A stretch of 64,000 bases of DNA, taken from the IMG/VR virus record IMGVR_UViG_3300010052_000154, positions 11,827 to 75,826 of that record; one strand, given 5' to 3'. Shown one piece after another: positions 42,262 to 50,940 of this stretch. A model generated the notes under the pieces. That model was given only the letters and a program-made list of their open reading frames with translations. It ran no database searches and had not been told where the DNA came from. Both the position numbers and the translations under genes were made by a program. The number at the start of each line of letters is the position of its first letter. Within the stretch, counting starts at the first letter, position 1. The DNA is from a virus (taxonomy: Duplodnaviria; Caudoviricetes).

Positions 42262-42345
42262 CTGTGCATTACGCACAGTCGCGCGTCAACTCAGATTGTG
42301 CCTCACGCACAGGGGTTCGGCGCCAAAATTGTGCAATGAGCACGG
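42262..42345. promoter_or_regulatory. Three 17-bp operators (42262-78, 42296-312, 42329-45) and divergent promoters
   Basis: CTGTGC-ATTAC-GCACAG, TTGTGC-CTCAC-GCACAG and TTGTGC-AATGA-GCACGG; minus-strand -35 TTGACG at 42284-42289. Confidence 0.85.
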
Positions 42346-42923
42346 AAGAAGAGAAGCGCGCGCTCCAGCGCGAACAAGGCCGCCGGCTCAAGGCAGCCCG
42401 CAAGCAACTCGGCTTGCCGTCAGCTGCTGCGGCCGCCGACCACCTGAAGGTCTCCCCCACGACCTACGCACAGCACGAAAACGGCACCCGCGGCATCGGT
42501 CGCGCCTCGGAAGAATACGCAGCCAAGTTTGGCGTCTCGGAGGAGTGGCTACTCCGCGGCCGAAATCCGCCCATCTGGGCCCGCCCTGATATCGATCACT
42601 CAGAAGCGGTCGAGCCTTCACCTAGTGAGCATTATCTCACCGCCTGGAGGCTGTATTCGAAGCTGTCCCCGCAGGACCTCGCAGACCGCCTAGACGCTCC
42701 GCTACAACTCGTCGAGGATTGGGAAGCTGGCCGCTCCGACATTTCGGGAAAGTGGCTGCGGCGCCTTGCAGATGTCTTCGCAACGACCCCCGGCAGCATC
42801 CTGGATGTCGATCCCGGCTCGGTCCCACCGGACCTTCTCGAAATCTGGCGCGACACAGCTGCACGACAACGCGAGGTTCGGCAGAAGATCTCGACGCTGC
42901 GCAAGACCGGTACCGATGGTTAG
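42336..42923 (+). CDS. CI-like repressor with two XRE HTH domains and no S24 peptidase
   Basis: RLKAARKQLG...YAQHENG and LTAWRLYSKLS..DLADRL...DWEAG; divergent from cro. Confidence 0.85.
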   Translation: MSTEEEKRALQREQGRRLKAARKQLGLPSAAAAADHLKVSPTTYAQHENGTRGIGRASEEYAAKFGVSEEWLLRGRNPPIWARPDIDHSEAVEPSPSEHYLTAWRLYSKLSPQDLADRLDAPLQLVEDWEAGRSDISGKWLRRLADVFATTPGSILDVDPGSVPPDLLEIWRDTAARQREVRQKISTLRKTGTDG

Positions 42924-43341
42924 ACCAATTGTCCTAGGGCTTTTGGCGTCGCTTGCCGCCTCACGTGTGCATGCTGCGGATCAGTTCAACCTGGTCTGCA
43001 AAGGAACAGCGAACGGCGCGCCAACCTCCTACGGCTTCCGGATCGATCTGGCCTCAAAGCTTTGGTGCGACCTGGATTGCAAAACCCCTCGGCAGATTGT
43101 TGAGGTTAGTCCCGATCGGATCGTGCTGGAGCGCGGCGACCGTGAAGATCAAGGCCCCGCGCGCGGCGACGCATTCAGTCGCACTGACCTCAACCAAGTC
43201 AGCCGCATGGATGGCGCGCATCGCGAATACCATAGCAGCCTCACCATGCTGAGGGGCCAGGTGGCCAGTTCGTCGCGTCGCGAGATTTCGGGCACTTGCG
43301 AGACCGCTCCCTTCACAGGGATGCCGGGGCCGAAGTTCTAA
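42916..43341 (+). CDS. Exported/periplasmic protein with signal peptide and four Cys
   Basis: MVRPIVLGLLASLAASRVHA|ADQF signal-peptide pattern; co-oriented with the repressor. Confidence 0.7.
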   Translation: MVRPIVLGLLASLAASRVHAADQFNLVCKGTANGAPTSYGFRIDLASKLWCDLDCKTPRQIVEVSPDRIVLERGDREDQGPARGDAFSRTDLNQVSRMDGAHREYHSSLTMLRGQVASSSRREISGTCETAPFTGMPGPKF

Positions 43342-43712
43342 TGGAGGACGATAATCTCCTTAGATGGGAAGTGGCGCGGGACCTGAGCGCGCAACAGCTG
43401 ATCGAGTTGCTGCCGATCTCCGAGATCGACACCATGGTAGCGAGGCGACACGACCTCACGCACCAAATGGCGATCTGCGAACGCATGATGGCCGGCGGCA
43501 CCTACCTCCCCTACCCGTTTGTCCGGGCTGCAGTGTTGCTCGCGAAGGAGCAGCGCTACGCCGATGAGGTTCGGATTTGCGAGTACGCCGTCGCCTGGGC
43601 AGACCGCATAGTGCGCGAGCGCCGGCCAGGAGCAGAGAACGCCCTGTCGTACATTGGCAAACTTGCCAGCCGGCTCCCGCGGGCGAGAGCGCGGCTCGCG
43701 GCGCAAGCCTAA
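43341..43712 (+). CDS. TPR-like helical hypothetical protein in the immunity region
   Basis: PYPFVRAAVLLAKEQRYADEVRICE; TAATG overlap with the upstream gene. Confidence 0.65.
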   Translation: MEDDNLLRWEVARDLSAQQLIELLPISEIDTMVARRHDLTHQMAICERMMAGGTYLPYPFVRAAVLLAKEQRYADEVRICEYAVAWADRIVRERRPGAENALSYIGKLASRLPRARARLAAQA

Positions 43713-43990
43713 GCCAGCGTCAGCTTGTTCGGCACCTCCCCACAGACGGCGAGCAACCGCGGATCCCCCCAAATCCCGTACTCCGGCCGGGCGCTCACCT
43801 CGTAGGCCACCGCACCAGCGATGCCGTGGCCGACCGCCTCTGCGGCCCGGCACGCCTTGGCGGCCGTCGGATAGTGCTTGAGATCACGCGGCTGGATCCG
43901 ACCAGCATCCCGCCAGAAAGTCTGCACGCAAAAATAGATCGGATCGCCCAAAGCTTCCCCCTTCACAATTGTTAACGAGATCGATTCCAA
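43709..43990 (-). CDS. Small hypothetical protein
   Basis: YFCVQTFW...AYEVSARPEYGIWGDPRLL...GEVP; start uncertain. Confidence 0.55.
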   Translation of the reverse strand: MESISLTIVKGEALGDPIYFCVQTFWRDAGRIQPRDLKHYPTAAKACRAAEAVGHGIAGAVAYEVSARPEYGIWGDPRLLAVCGEVPNKLTLA

Positions 43991-44055
43991 CCCGCTACGG
44001 TTAAGTCAATCTCGCCGGGAACAACCGGCGACCGAATTTGGCGCAGTACGATTTT

Positions 44056-44106
44056 CCGTGCGTTTTGCACAATTCGTATTGACGGCGATCAGTGCATTTC
44101 GCACAG
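44056..44106 (+). promoter_or_regulatory. pL-like promoter with two operators (44056-72, 44090-106)
   Basis: CCGTGC-GTTTT-GCACAA and CAGTGC-ATTTC-GCACAG, with TTGACG at 44079-84. Confidence 0.85.
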
Positions 44107-44130
44107 TCTCTTCACAACCGGAGAGACGCC

Positions 44131-44598
44131 GTGCCCTTCACGCCCACAATCACCAGTGCTGAAGAAGTCGCCCGCCTGGGACCGTTCATCGCGGCCGAGG
44201 AAGCCGCCGACGCCGGCCGTGAGCGCCTCTATCAAGCCGACCTCGCCCGCAACCGCTGCTCGCTTCACGGCGCCCTGCCGCTGGCCGCTCCGGTGGAGCG
44301 GACCTACGCCGAGCGCCTGATCGCCGCCCGCAAGGCCTACGAAGCCGCCATGGCGTTCGACGCCGCGCCGCGTGGCCGATTCCTGGCGGCGCTGCGGCTG
44401 ATCCGCGAGAGCGGCGCGCACGGCCGGGAGGCTGAGCAGGCGCGCAAGGCCTTCAACCGCGGCATCCAGGACGGTGAAGACGCTTATGAGATCGGTGTCG
44501 CGCTGAAGGCGCTGGCGGCGGTCCCGGGTGACGCGGCGGCGGCGGCGCGCGATGCGCTGGCCGACCTGTTGATGGCCTCGACGAAGGCGGCGGCGTGA
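44131..44598 (+). CDS. First early gene, hypothetical
   Basis: GTG at 44131 after GGAGAG. Confidence 0.65.
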   Translation: MPFTPTITSAEEVARLGPFIAAEEAADAGRERLYQADLARNRCSLHGALPLAAPVERTYAERLIAARKAYEAAMAFDAAPRGRFLAALRLIRESGAHGREAEQARKAFNRGIQDGEDAYEIGVALKALAAVPGDAAAAARDALADLLMASTKAAA

Positions 44599-44957
44599 TG
44601 GGGGACCTGATTTTCCTCTCCGCGCGCCGCGCGACCACGGCCATTCCGCAGATCGGGGATGCTGCTGCGGTGGCCGAGAGCCTGCTGACCCAGGCCAACG
44701 CGCTTGAGGCGCGGGCGGACGCTCTGATGGCGGTCGAGGCCGGGCATGCCGGGATGGCCGCAGGGAAGCTGCGGGACGGTGACGCGCTGGCCGCTGAGCA
44801 TTTCGAGGCCCTGCGGGCGGATGCTGAGCGGACCTACCTCGCCATGGACGAAGAGGTTTTCCGGCTGCGCCTGCAGGCGGCGGAGCTGCAAGCCCGGTGC
44901 GGCCGCGCGTCCGTGCTGGCGGACATCACGTCGTTCTCGACGGGAGGCCCGTTCTGA
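44595..44957 (+). CDS. Hypothetical protein
   Basis: Coupled ORF in the early operon. Confidence 0.55.
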   Translation: MMGDLIFLSARRATTAIPQIGDAAAVAESLLTQANALEARADALMAVEAGHAGMAAGKLRDGDALAAEHFEALRADAERTYLAMDEEVFRLRLQAAELQARCGRASVLADITSFSTGGPF

Positions 44958-45151
44958 TGGGCCAGCCGTCGATGACCGCCGAGCAACTGATCCAGGCGAC
45001 GATCGCCAAGCGCATCGCCGCGGGCCTCACAACTGAGGTCGAGGGCTTCCGGCGCCACCACGCCACCGAGGCGGCCCGCAACGCGTACATCGCGCGCTGC
45101 CGTTCGCGTGGCCCCGCGGTGCACCTCGTTCTGCCGGGGGTGGACCGCTGA
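44957..45151 (+). CDS. Hypothetical protein
   Basis: TGATG-coupled; MGQPSMTAEQL... Confidence 0.5.
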   Translation: MGQPSMTAEQLIQATIAKRIAAGLTTEVEGFRRHHATEAARNAYIARCRSRGPAVHLVLPGVDR

Positions 45152-45477
45152 TGGACGCGCTCACGCTCACGATCATGCGCCCCGGCGCCGCGGTTGAGAC
45201 GCGCGAGGTCGCCTACAGCGGCTTTAGCGCCCTGCGCCCGCTCTTCGAGGAACTGCTCGACGGCGGCTTCCCGGAACATGTCGCAGTCCTGCACGACGGC
45301 AAGCGCGCCGACATGTTCGTCGACGGAGACGGGATCGCGAAGGAACTCGACCGCAACGGCGCGGCGACGGCGATCTACCGCAACAACACGTTGACGCGCG
45401 CGCCGGGCACCGATCCGGAGAGCCTGCCCGCAATCGTCGGGACGGCGGTGCTGTGCAGCCGACGGGTGTGGTTCTGA
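45151..45477 (+). CDS. DUF3846-like phage protein
   Basis: DMFVDGDGIAKEL.RN..AT.IY...IVGTAVL pattern. Confidence 0.65.
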   Translation: MDALTLTIMRPGAAVETREVAYSGFSALRPLFEELLDGGFPEHVAVLHDGKRADMFVDGDGIAKELDRNGAATAIYRNNTLTRAPGTDPESLPAIVGTAVLCSRRVWF

Positions 45478-45605
45478 TGCGCCGCGCCCTCCTCTCCTAC
45501 CTCTGCCGCCGCGGCCTCAGCGACGGGTTCGCCGCCGTCGTGGTGAGCCTCGGCCTCGGAACACTGATGTGGTGGTTCTGCGCCCTGGCGGGGCTGCCGC
45601 AATGA
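45477..45605 (+). CDS. 42-aa single-pass membrane peptide
   Basis: Manual translation MRRALLSYLCRRGLSDGFAAVVVSLGLGTLMWWFCALAGLPQ; coupled at both ends. Confidence 0.5.
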   Translation: MRRALLSYLCRRGLSDGFAAVVVSLGLGTLMWWFCALAGLPQ

Positions 45606-45811
45606 CGGCTGGCCCCCGCTACTACGGCGCTGGCCCCGGCTTCGTCGTCACCGGCGGCGGCGAGCGCCTGGGCGAGCAGGCGGCTACGGCCGCCCTCGCC
45701 CGCGAGACCGCCCTCTCTAAGGACCTGACCGTGACCGAAGGCCTGCGAGCCCAGGCTGGGCTCAAGGCGCGCCAGCTCGCGGACGCCATCGCCCGATCCT
45801 TCAACCCCTGA
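45602..45811 (+). CDS. Hypothetical protein
   Basis: ATGA-coupled ORF. Confidence 0.5.
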   Translation: MTAGPRYYGAGPGFVVTGGGERLGEQAATAALARETALSKDLTVTEGLRAQAGLKARQLADAIARSFNP

Positions 45812-45820
45812 GGAAGTGCC

Positions 45821-46030
45821 ATGACCACGACCACCACCACGAAGAGCCGCCGCGGGTTCGCCGCGATGAGCCCGGAGCGCCGCCGGGAGATCGCGCGTAA
45901 GGGCGGGGCCAGCGTGCCCAGCGAGAAGCGCAGCTTCTCGAAGGACCGCGACCTTGCCGTCTCGGCCGGCCGGGTCGGCGGCGAGAACTCGCGCGGCGGC
46001 GGCCGTGCCCGAACTCAGGCGGCGAGCTAA
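45821..46030 (+). CDS. KGG-repeat general stress protein (YciG/Con-6-like)
   Basis: RRGFAAMSPERRREIARKGG...SFSKDRDLA..AGRVGG. Confidence 0.9.
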   Translation: MTTTTTTKSRRGFAAMSPERRREIARKGGASVPSEKRSFSKDRDLAVSAGRVGGENSRGGGRARTQAAS

Positions 46031-46572
46031 TGAACCTCACCGATCTGGGCCTGACGCCCGACGAACTGCGCGACCTCGTCATCGAGCGTGCAGCGGAGAA
46101 AATCGCGGATGAAGCTGCCGGCCGCGAGTACGTCGGCGACAGTGTCACGCGCATTATCCAACAGCGCATCGACACCGAGGTGAAGGCCCGCCTAGTCGAC
46201 CGCATCGAAGCGCTCCTTGCGGAAACGCTAGAGCGCCTGCTGAACGATGCGATCCGGCCGGTCGACATCTGGGGAGATCCCGTCGGTGCGCCAACGACCA
46301 TCAAGGCTGAGCTGGGCGCCCGCGCCAAGGACTACTGGCTGACCAAGGTCGACAACGGCGGCAAGCCGATGGACCGCAATAGCTATGGCTTCCAGACCGC
46401 CAAGACCCGCGCGGAATGGATGCTCGGCCGGGTCGTCTCCGAGCAGTTCGCCGACGAGGTAAAGCAGAACGCGGTGAACATCCTCGCGGTCTTCAAAGAG
46501 AAGATCCGTGCGGACGGGCACGCCGCGCTCGACAAGCACCTCGATGAGATCGTGCGGGTGAAGTCGCGATGA
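46030..46572 (+). CDS. Conserved phage hypothetical protein
   Basis: 180-aa ORF coupled on both sides. Confidence 0.65.
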   Translation: MNLTDLGLTPDELRDLVIERAAEKIADEAAGREYVGDSVTRIIQQRIDTEVKARLVDRIEALLAETLERLLNDAIRPVDIWGDPVGAPTTIKAELGARAKDYWLTKVDNGGKPMDRNSYGFQTAKTRAEWMLGRVVSEQFADEVKQNAVNILAVFKEKIRADGHAALDKHLDEIVRVKSR

Positions 46573-46841
46573 GCGCCCGGATCAGACCCACCCTCGCCGT
46601 CGTGCGCTCGACCTCGCCGCTGGCAGAGCGGATCGCCCGCTTGCAGCGCGAAGAACGCGCCCTGGCCAACGAGCATGTCGACCAGCTCACCGCTGCGCTC
46701 GCCGAAGTCGAGCGCCTGGCCGGCGAGATCGCCGACGGCGGCGGCGCCTATCACGTCGGCGTCCGCGAACTCGCACGGCGGCTGGCGGCGGAAGTCGGCG
46801 CCCACGGCCAGACGATCGAAGCGATCCGGAGCCGCACCTGA
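46569..46841 (+). CDS. Small helical protein resembling a conserved Caulobacteraceae chromosomal protein
   Basis: LAERIARLQREERALANEHV...GGGAYHVGVRELARRL (recalled similarity, unverified). Confidence 0.6.
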   Translation: MSARIRPTLAVVRSTSPLAERIARLQREERALANEHVDQLTAALAEVERLAGEIADGGGAYHVGVRELARRLAAEVGAHGQTIEAIRSRT

Positions 46842-47056
46842 TGGTGATCCGGCCCGACCACACGCCGCCGTCCGGCCGTTGGACGCCCGCCCGTAAGGAA
46901 GCGGTCGTCGGTGACGTGCGCGAGGGCCGGATCACCTTCGCCGGCGCCGTCGCCCGCTACGCCCTATCCGCCGAGGAGCTCGCCTCCTGGATCGGCCGCT
47001 TCGAGCGGCATGGCCGGCGTGGGCTGGCCATCACCGACCTGCAGGTGCGGCGGTGA
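46841..47056 (+). CDS. sciP: SciP / DUF1153-family protein (CtrA-inhibitor-like)
   Basis: RWTPARKEAVV..V..G.IT...A..RY.LS.EEL.SW...FERHG..GL..T.LQ. Confidence 0.8.
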   Translation: MVIRPDHTPPSGRWTPARKEAVVGDVREGRITFAGAVARYALSAEELASWIGRFERHGRRGLAITDLQVRR

Positions 47057-47277
47057 CGGTTCACCACCTTCGGCCGGAGGAGCGCGTCGCGCTGGGCCTG
47101 ATCGTCGCTGAGGGCGACGGCGGGCTCCTCATCGACGGGCGGGCACTGCCCCTCTCCATCGCCATGCGGCTTTCGACCTTCGGGCTGACCGCGCTCACCC
47201 AAGAACACCACCAGCGCGCCATCGCGACGCGCGAGGGCCGGGCCGCTGCCCGCGCCCAAACCTTCGACGCCTACTAG
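47053..47277 (+). CDS. Hypothetical protein
   Basis: GTGA-coupled ORF. Confidence 0.5.
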   Translation: MTVHHLRPEERVALGLIVAEGDGGLLIDGRALPLSIAMRLSTFGLTALTQEHHQRAIATREGRAAARAQTFDAY

Positions 47278-47285
47278 GAGCCGAC

Positions 47286-48695
47286 ATGATCAATATCCGC
47301 GAACACCAGTCGGAGCCCACCGCTGGCTCGACCGACGTCGCCGTCGTCGTCGAGCGCGAGACCGCACTCAGCGTCCTGACCGACAAGGAACAGTTCGAAG
47401 CCTTCTACGCGAAGGTGAAAGCAGAGGTCGACGCGCACGTCCCCGACACCACCACGGATAAGGGCCGCAAGGCCATCGCAGCGCTTGCTTACAAGGTGAC
47501 CAGGACCAAAACGGCGATCGATGCGGCCGGCAAGGCCCTCACCGAGGAAGCGCGCGCGCAGATCGCGACGGTCGATGCTTCGCGCCGACAGATCCGTGAG
47601 AAGCTCGACGCGCTGCGTGACGAAGCCCGGCGCCCGCTGGACGAATGGGAGGCCGTGGACGCGGCGCGCGCCAAGGAAGCAGCTGAACTGCTGGCGTCGC
47701 TAGCCGCCGCCGCGGTCGTCACCATCGAAGACACCGCCGCCACGGTCGAGGCACGGCTGGACGAGGTGCGGGGGCGCAATCTCAACCCGCTCCTCTTTGG
47801 TTCGGACGTCGATCTGGCCCAGGAACGCCGCGACCATGCCGTTGCAGTCCTGACAGCCGCGCTGGACCGCCTGCGGAAGGAGGAGGCCGACCGCGCCGAA
47901 CTGGAGCGTCTGCGCCATGAGGCTGCCGAGCGCGAGGCGCGCGAGGCTGCAGAAAGGGCGAAGGCTGAGGCGGAGGCCCAGGCCCGCAAGGCGAAGGAAG
48001 ATGCCGAGCGGCTGGAGCGCGAGCGCGCTGAGCAAGCAGAGCGCGACCGTATCGCAGCCGAGGAGCGCGCGGCCGAGCAAGAGCGCCAAGCCGCCCAGCG
48101 GACCGAAGAGGCTCGCCAGGAGGCCGCGGCTGAAGCCGCCCGGCAGGAACGCGATCGGGCCGCCGCAGAGCAGCGCCAGCGCGAACAGGAGCATGAGGCC
48201 GCCCTGGTCGCAGAACGCCGCCGCGCCGACGAGGCCGAGCGCGCTCGCAAGGCCGAGGCCGACAAGGTCGCCGCCGAAAAGCGGGAGCGGGACGCAGAGG
48301 AGCAGCGGCGACGCGACGAGCAGGCTCGGCGGGAAGCCGATGTCGCGCACCGCTCCACCATCATGACCGCAGTGAAGCTCGCCCTCATCGAGCACTGCAC
48401 CCTGTCGGAGGAAGCGGCGAAAGAGGTGGTGCGCGCGATCTCGTCCCGGCTCATCCCCTACACCTCAATCGACTTCGCCCAGCAACTGGACCTGAAGGCG
48501 GCGCCGGGCCGCTGCGAGGAGGCGTCCCCGCTCTCGGGTGAGCGCTACATCCCCTGCAATGCGCCGGCCGAGAGCATGGTGGGCTGGCCGGGTCGCGGCG
48601 AGGGCCCCTACCGGATGTGCGCCGCGTGCGCGGACCACAACGTCAAGAATCGCGGCGCGACGCTGGTCGGCCCGTTCATCGCTGAGGCCGCCTGA
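47286..48695 (+). CDS. Long coiled-coil phage protein with a C-terminal Cys-rich domain
   Basis: KGRKAIAALAYKVTRTKTAID motif; E/R/A-rich coil; C...C...CAAC.DH tail. Confidence 0.75.
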   Translation: MINIREHQSEPTAGSTDVAVVVERETALSVLTDKEQFEAFYAKVKAEVDAHVPDTTTDKGRKAIAALAYKVTRTKTAIDAAGKALTEEARAQIATVDASRRQIREKLDALRDEARRPLDEWEAVDAARAKEAAELLASLAAAAVVTIEDTAATVEARLDEVRGRNLNPLLFGSDVDLAQERRDHAVAVLTAALDRLRKEEADRAELERLRHEAAEREAREAAERAKAEAEAQARKAKEDAERLERERAEQAERDRIAAEERAAEQERQAAQRTEEARQEAAAEAARQERDRAAAEQRQREQEHEAALVAERRRADEAERARKAEADKVAAEKRERDAEEQRRRDEQARREADVAHRSTIMTAVKLALIEHCTLSEEAAKEVVRAISSRLIPYTSIDFAQQLDLKAAPGRCEEASPLSGERYIPCNAPAESMVGWPGRGEGPYRMCAACADHNVKNRGATLVGPFIAEAA

Positions 48696-49675
48696 TGGAA
48701 GCGCGCCTCTGGACGGGCAAGATCGACGGCCCTGGCCTTTATCTGGGGGTGCCGGTCGAAGACTACCGGGCGGATCCGTGCCCGGAGCCGTCGCTCAACG
48801 CCTCGATCGCCAAGCTCTGTCTCGCCGAGAGCCTTGCGCATGTCGCCGCCGCGCATCCGCAGATCTCGCCGCCTGAACCTGATGCGGACGAAGAGGAGGC
48901 CAAGGCGCCTTCCCGGGCCATGGACATCGGGTCCGCGGCGCACGCGCTCGCCTTCGGGGTCGGCGCGGACATCTGCCTTATCCATGCGCCGAACTGGAAG
49001 AAGAAGGCCGACCAGGAGGCGAAGAAGGCCGCCTATGAGGCCGGGGAGATCCCGCTGCTGCCGAAGGAGCTGCGCCGGGCCAAGGCCATGGCCGCGATCT
49101 CCGGACCGCTCATCCGCGAGATGCTCGACGGCTCGCTCGTCGCCGAGGCCATGCTCGTCTGGCAGGACGACGAGGGATACTGGTACCGCAGCCTGATAGA
49201 CCGCATGCGCGCCGACGCGCGGGTCATCGTCGACTACAAGACGACCGAACACAGCATCGCGCCAGAGGCGGCCAAGAAGCTCGTCTACACCAGCGGGGCC
49301 TACTTCCAGGAAGGCTTCTACCGGCGCGGGCTCGACATTCTCGACCCGGGCGGCGCCGGCCGCCGCAGGTTCCTGTTCCTGTACCAGGAGCAGCGCGTCC
49401 CCTTCACGCCCTGCATGGTCGAGACCAGCGAGGCTGGCCGCAGCCTCGCCGATGAGCAGGTGGCGCTGTCTATCAACGTCTGGAAGCGCGGCCTGATCAC
49501 CAAGGAGTGGCCCGGCCATCCCATTGGGCCGCACACCGCCAGCCCGCCGGACTGGATGATCAACGCCTGGGTCCGTCGCGCTGAGACCGACGAGACGCTC
49601 AACCCCCACTACGATCCCTACGAAGACGCCCGCCGCGCTGCGGCCGCGCCCGTTCCCCACATGGAGCTTTCCTGA
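48695..49675 (+). CDS. RecE/ExoVIII-like PD-(D/E)xK exonuclease (DUF3799-like)
   Basis: SLNASIAK, GSAAH, RSLIDRM, IVDYKTT and YFQEGFY motifs. Confidence 0.85.
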   Translation: MEARLWTGKIDGPGLYLGVPVEDYRADPCPEPSLNASIAKLCLAESLAHVAAAHPQISPPEPDADEEEAKAPSRAMDIGSAAHALAFGVGADICLIHAPNWKKKADQEAKKAAYEAGEIPLLPKELRRAKAMAAISGPLIREMLDGSLVAEAMLVWQDDEGYWYRSLIDRMRADARVIVDYKTTEHSIAPEAAKKLVYTSGAYFQEGFYRRGLDILDPGGAGRRRFLFLYQEQRVPFTPCMVETSEAGRSLADEQVALSINVWKRGLITKEWPGHPIGPHTASPPDWMINAWVRRAETDETLNPHYDPYEDARRAAAAPVPHMELS

Positions 49676-50940
49676 TGAACGCGCATACGCGCCGCTTCAC
49701 GGCGACTGTCGCCGTCCGTGAGCAGGTTCCCCTGCTGATCGGCCTCATGGGCCCGAGTGGCGGCGGGAAGACCTTCTCCGCCCTCCGCCTCGCACGCGGC
49801 ATCCAGAGCGTCACCGGCGGCGACATCTACGGCATCGACACCGAAGCCAACCGGATGAAGCACTACGCGGACCAGTTCAGCTTCCACCACGTGCCCTTCG
49901 GCGAGCCCTTCGGCTCCCTGGACTATCTGGAAGCCTTCCGGTTCTGCCACCGGTCCGGCGCCAAGGTCATCATCGTGGACAGCATGAGCCACGAGCATGA
50001 AGGCGTGGGCGGCCTGCTCGATTTCCACGAAGCCGAGCTGACCCGGATGGCGGGGGACAATTACTCAAAGCGTGAGGCCATGAAGATGTTGGCCTGGGGC
50101 AAGCCTAAGGCTCATCGCCGCCAGCTCATCAACGCCCTGCTCCAGATGCAGTGCAACTTCATCTTCTGCTTCCGCGCGAAGAACACCGCCAAGCCGGTGA
50201 AGGTCACGGATCCCGAAACCGGCCGGTCCAAGACCGAAGTCATCCAACAGGGTTTCATGCCCATCGCGGGCGAAGAGTTCGTGTTCGAGATGACGCTCAA
50301 CGCGCTGCTGCTCCCAGGCGCTGCCGGCGTCCCGACTTGGCGGCCGGAGCATGTTGGCGAGAAGCTGATGAGCAAGCTGCCGGAACAGTTCCGAGGCCTT
50401 GCTTCTCATCCGCGCGCCTTCGACGAACAGATGGGTGCGGATCTCGCGCGCTGGGCCCGTGGCGATGGCTCGGTGAACGGCGGCACGCAGGGTGGTCAGC
50501 GGCCGCCGGCCACGCAAACGATGTCGCTGGCCGAGCGCGTGTCCGCGTTCAAGGACCGTGTCTCTGCGGCCCCTAACGAGATCAAGCTCAACGCCATCAA
50601 CAACGCCTCGGCGCAGCTACGACTCGACGTCGAGGCCGCGGCGCCTGAGCTGATCGAGGAGATGGACGCGGCGGTCGAGGCTAAGCGCGCGACTTTCGAA
50701 CCGCAGCTGTCGGTGCGCCTTTCGCTCGGACAGCGGATCGCTGCCTTCAAGGCCGAGATTGATGAAGCTCCGACGGCAGCTGCGGCGCTGAAGCTGCGCG
50801 CCGAGAGCCGAGACCTTTGGGCCGATGTCGACGCCGCGGATCCTGACGAGGTCGGGACGACCGCTGAGCTCGATTCCTACGTCGACGATCGCTGCATCCA
50901 GATCGAGGACGCCGACCGCGGCGCCCAGGGTGACGCCTGA
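49675..50940 (+). CDS. AAA-family ATPase, Sak4-like single-strand annealing protein
   Basis: GPSGGGKTFSAL, IDTE and IIVDSMSHEHEG motifs; adjacent to the exonuclease. Confidence 0.85.
   Translation: MNAHTRRFTATVAVREQVPLLIGLMGPSGGGKTFSALRLARGIQSVTGGDIYGIDTEANRMKHYADQFSFHHVPFGEPFGSLDYLEAFRFCHRSGAKVIIVDSMSHEHEGVGGLLDFHEAELTRMAGDNYSKREAMKMLAWGKPKAHRRQLINALLQMQCNFIFCFRAKNTAKPVKVTDPETGRSKTEVIQQGFMPIAGEEFVFEMTLNALLLPGAAGVPTWRPEHVGEKLMSKLPEQFRGLASHPRAFDEQMGADLARWARGDGSVNGGTQGGQRPPATQTMSLAERVSAFKDRVSAAPNEIKLNAINNASAQLRLDVEAAAPELIEEMDAAVEAKRATFEPQLSVRLSLGQRIAAFKAEIDEAPTAAAALKLRAESRDLWADVDAADPDEVGTTAELDSYVDDRCIQIEDADRGAQGDA

Noticed and set aside
43960-44010. CtrA boxes (TTAA-N7-TTAA) near TTAA sites at about 43971-44004, 27993 and 62718
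   Set aside because: Only isolated half-sites; none has a second TTAA at 7-bp spacing.
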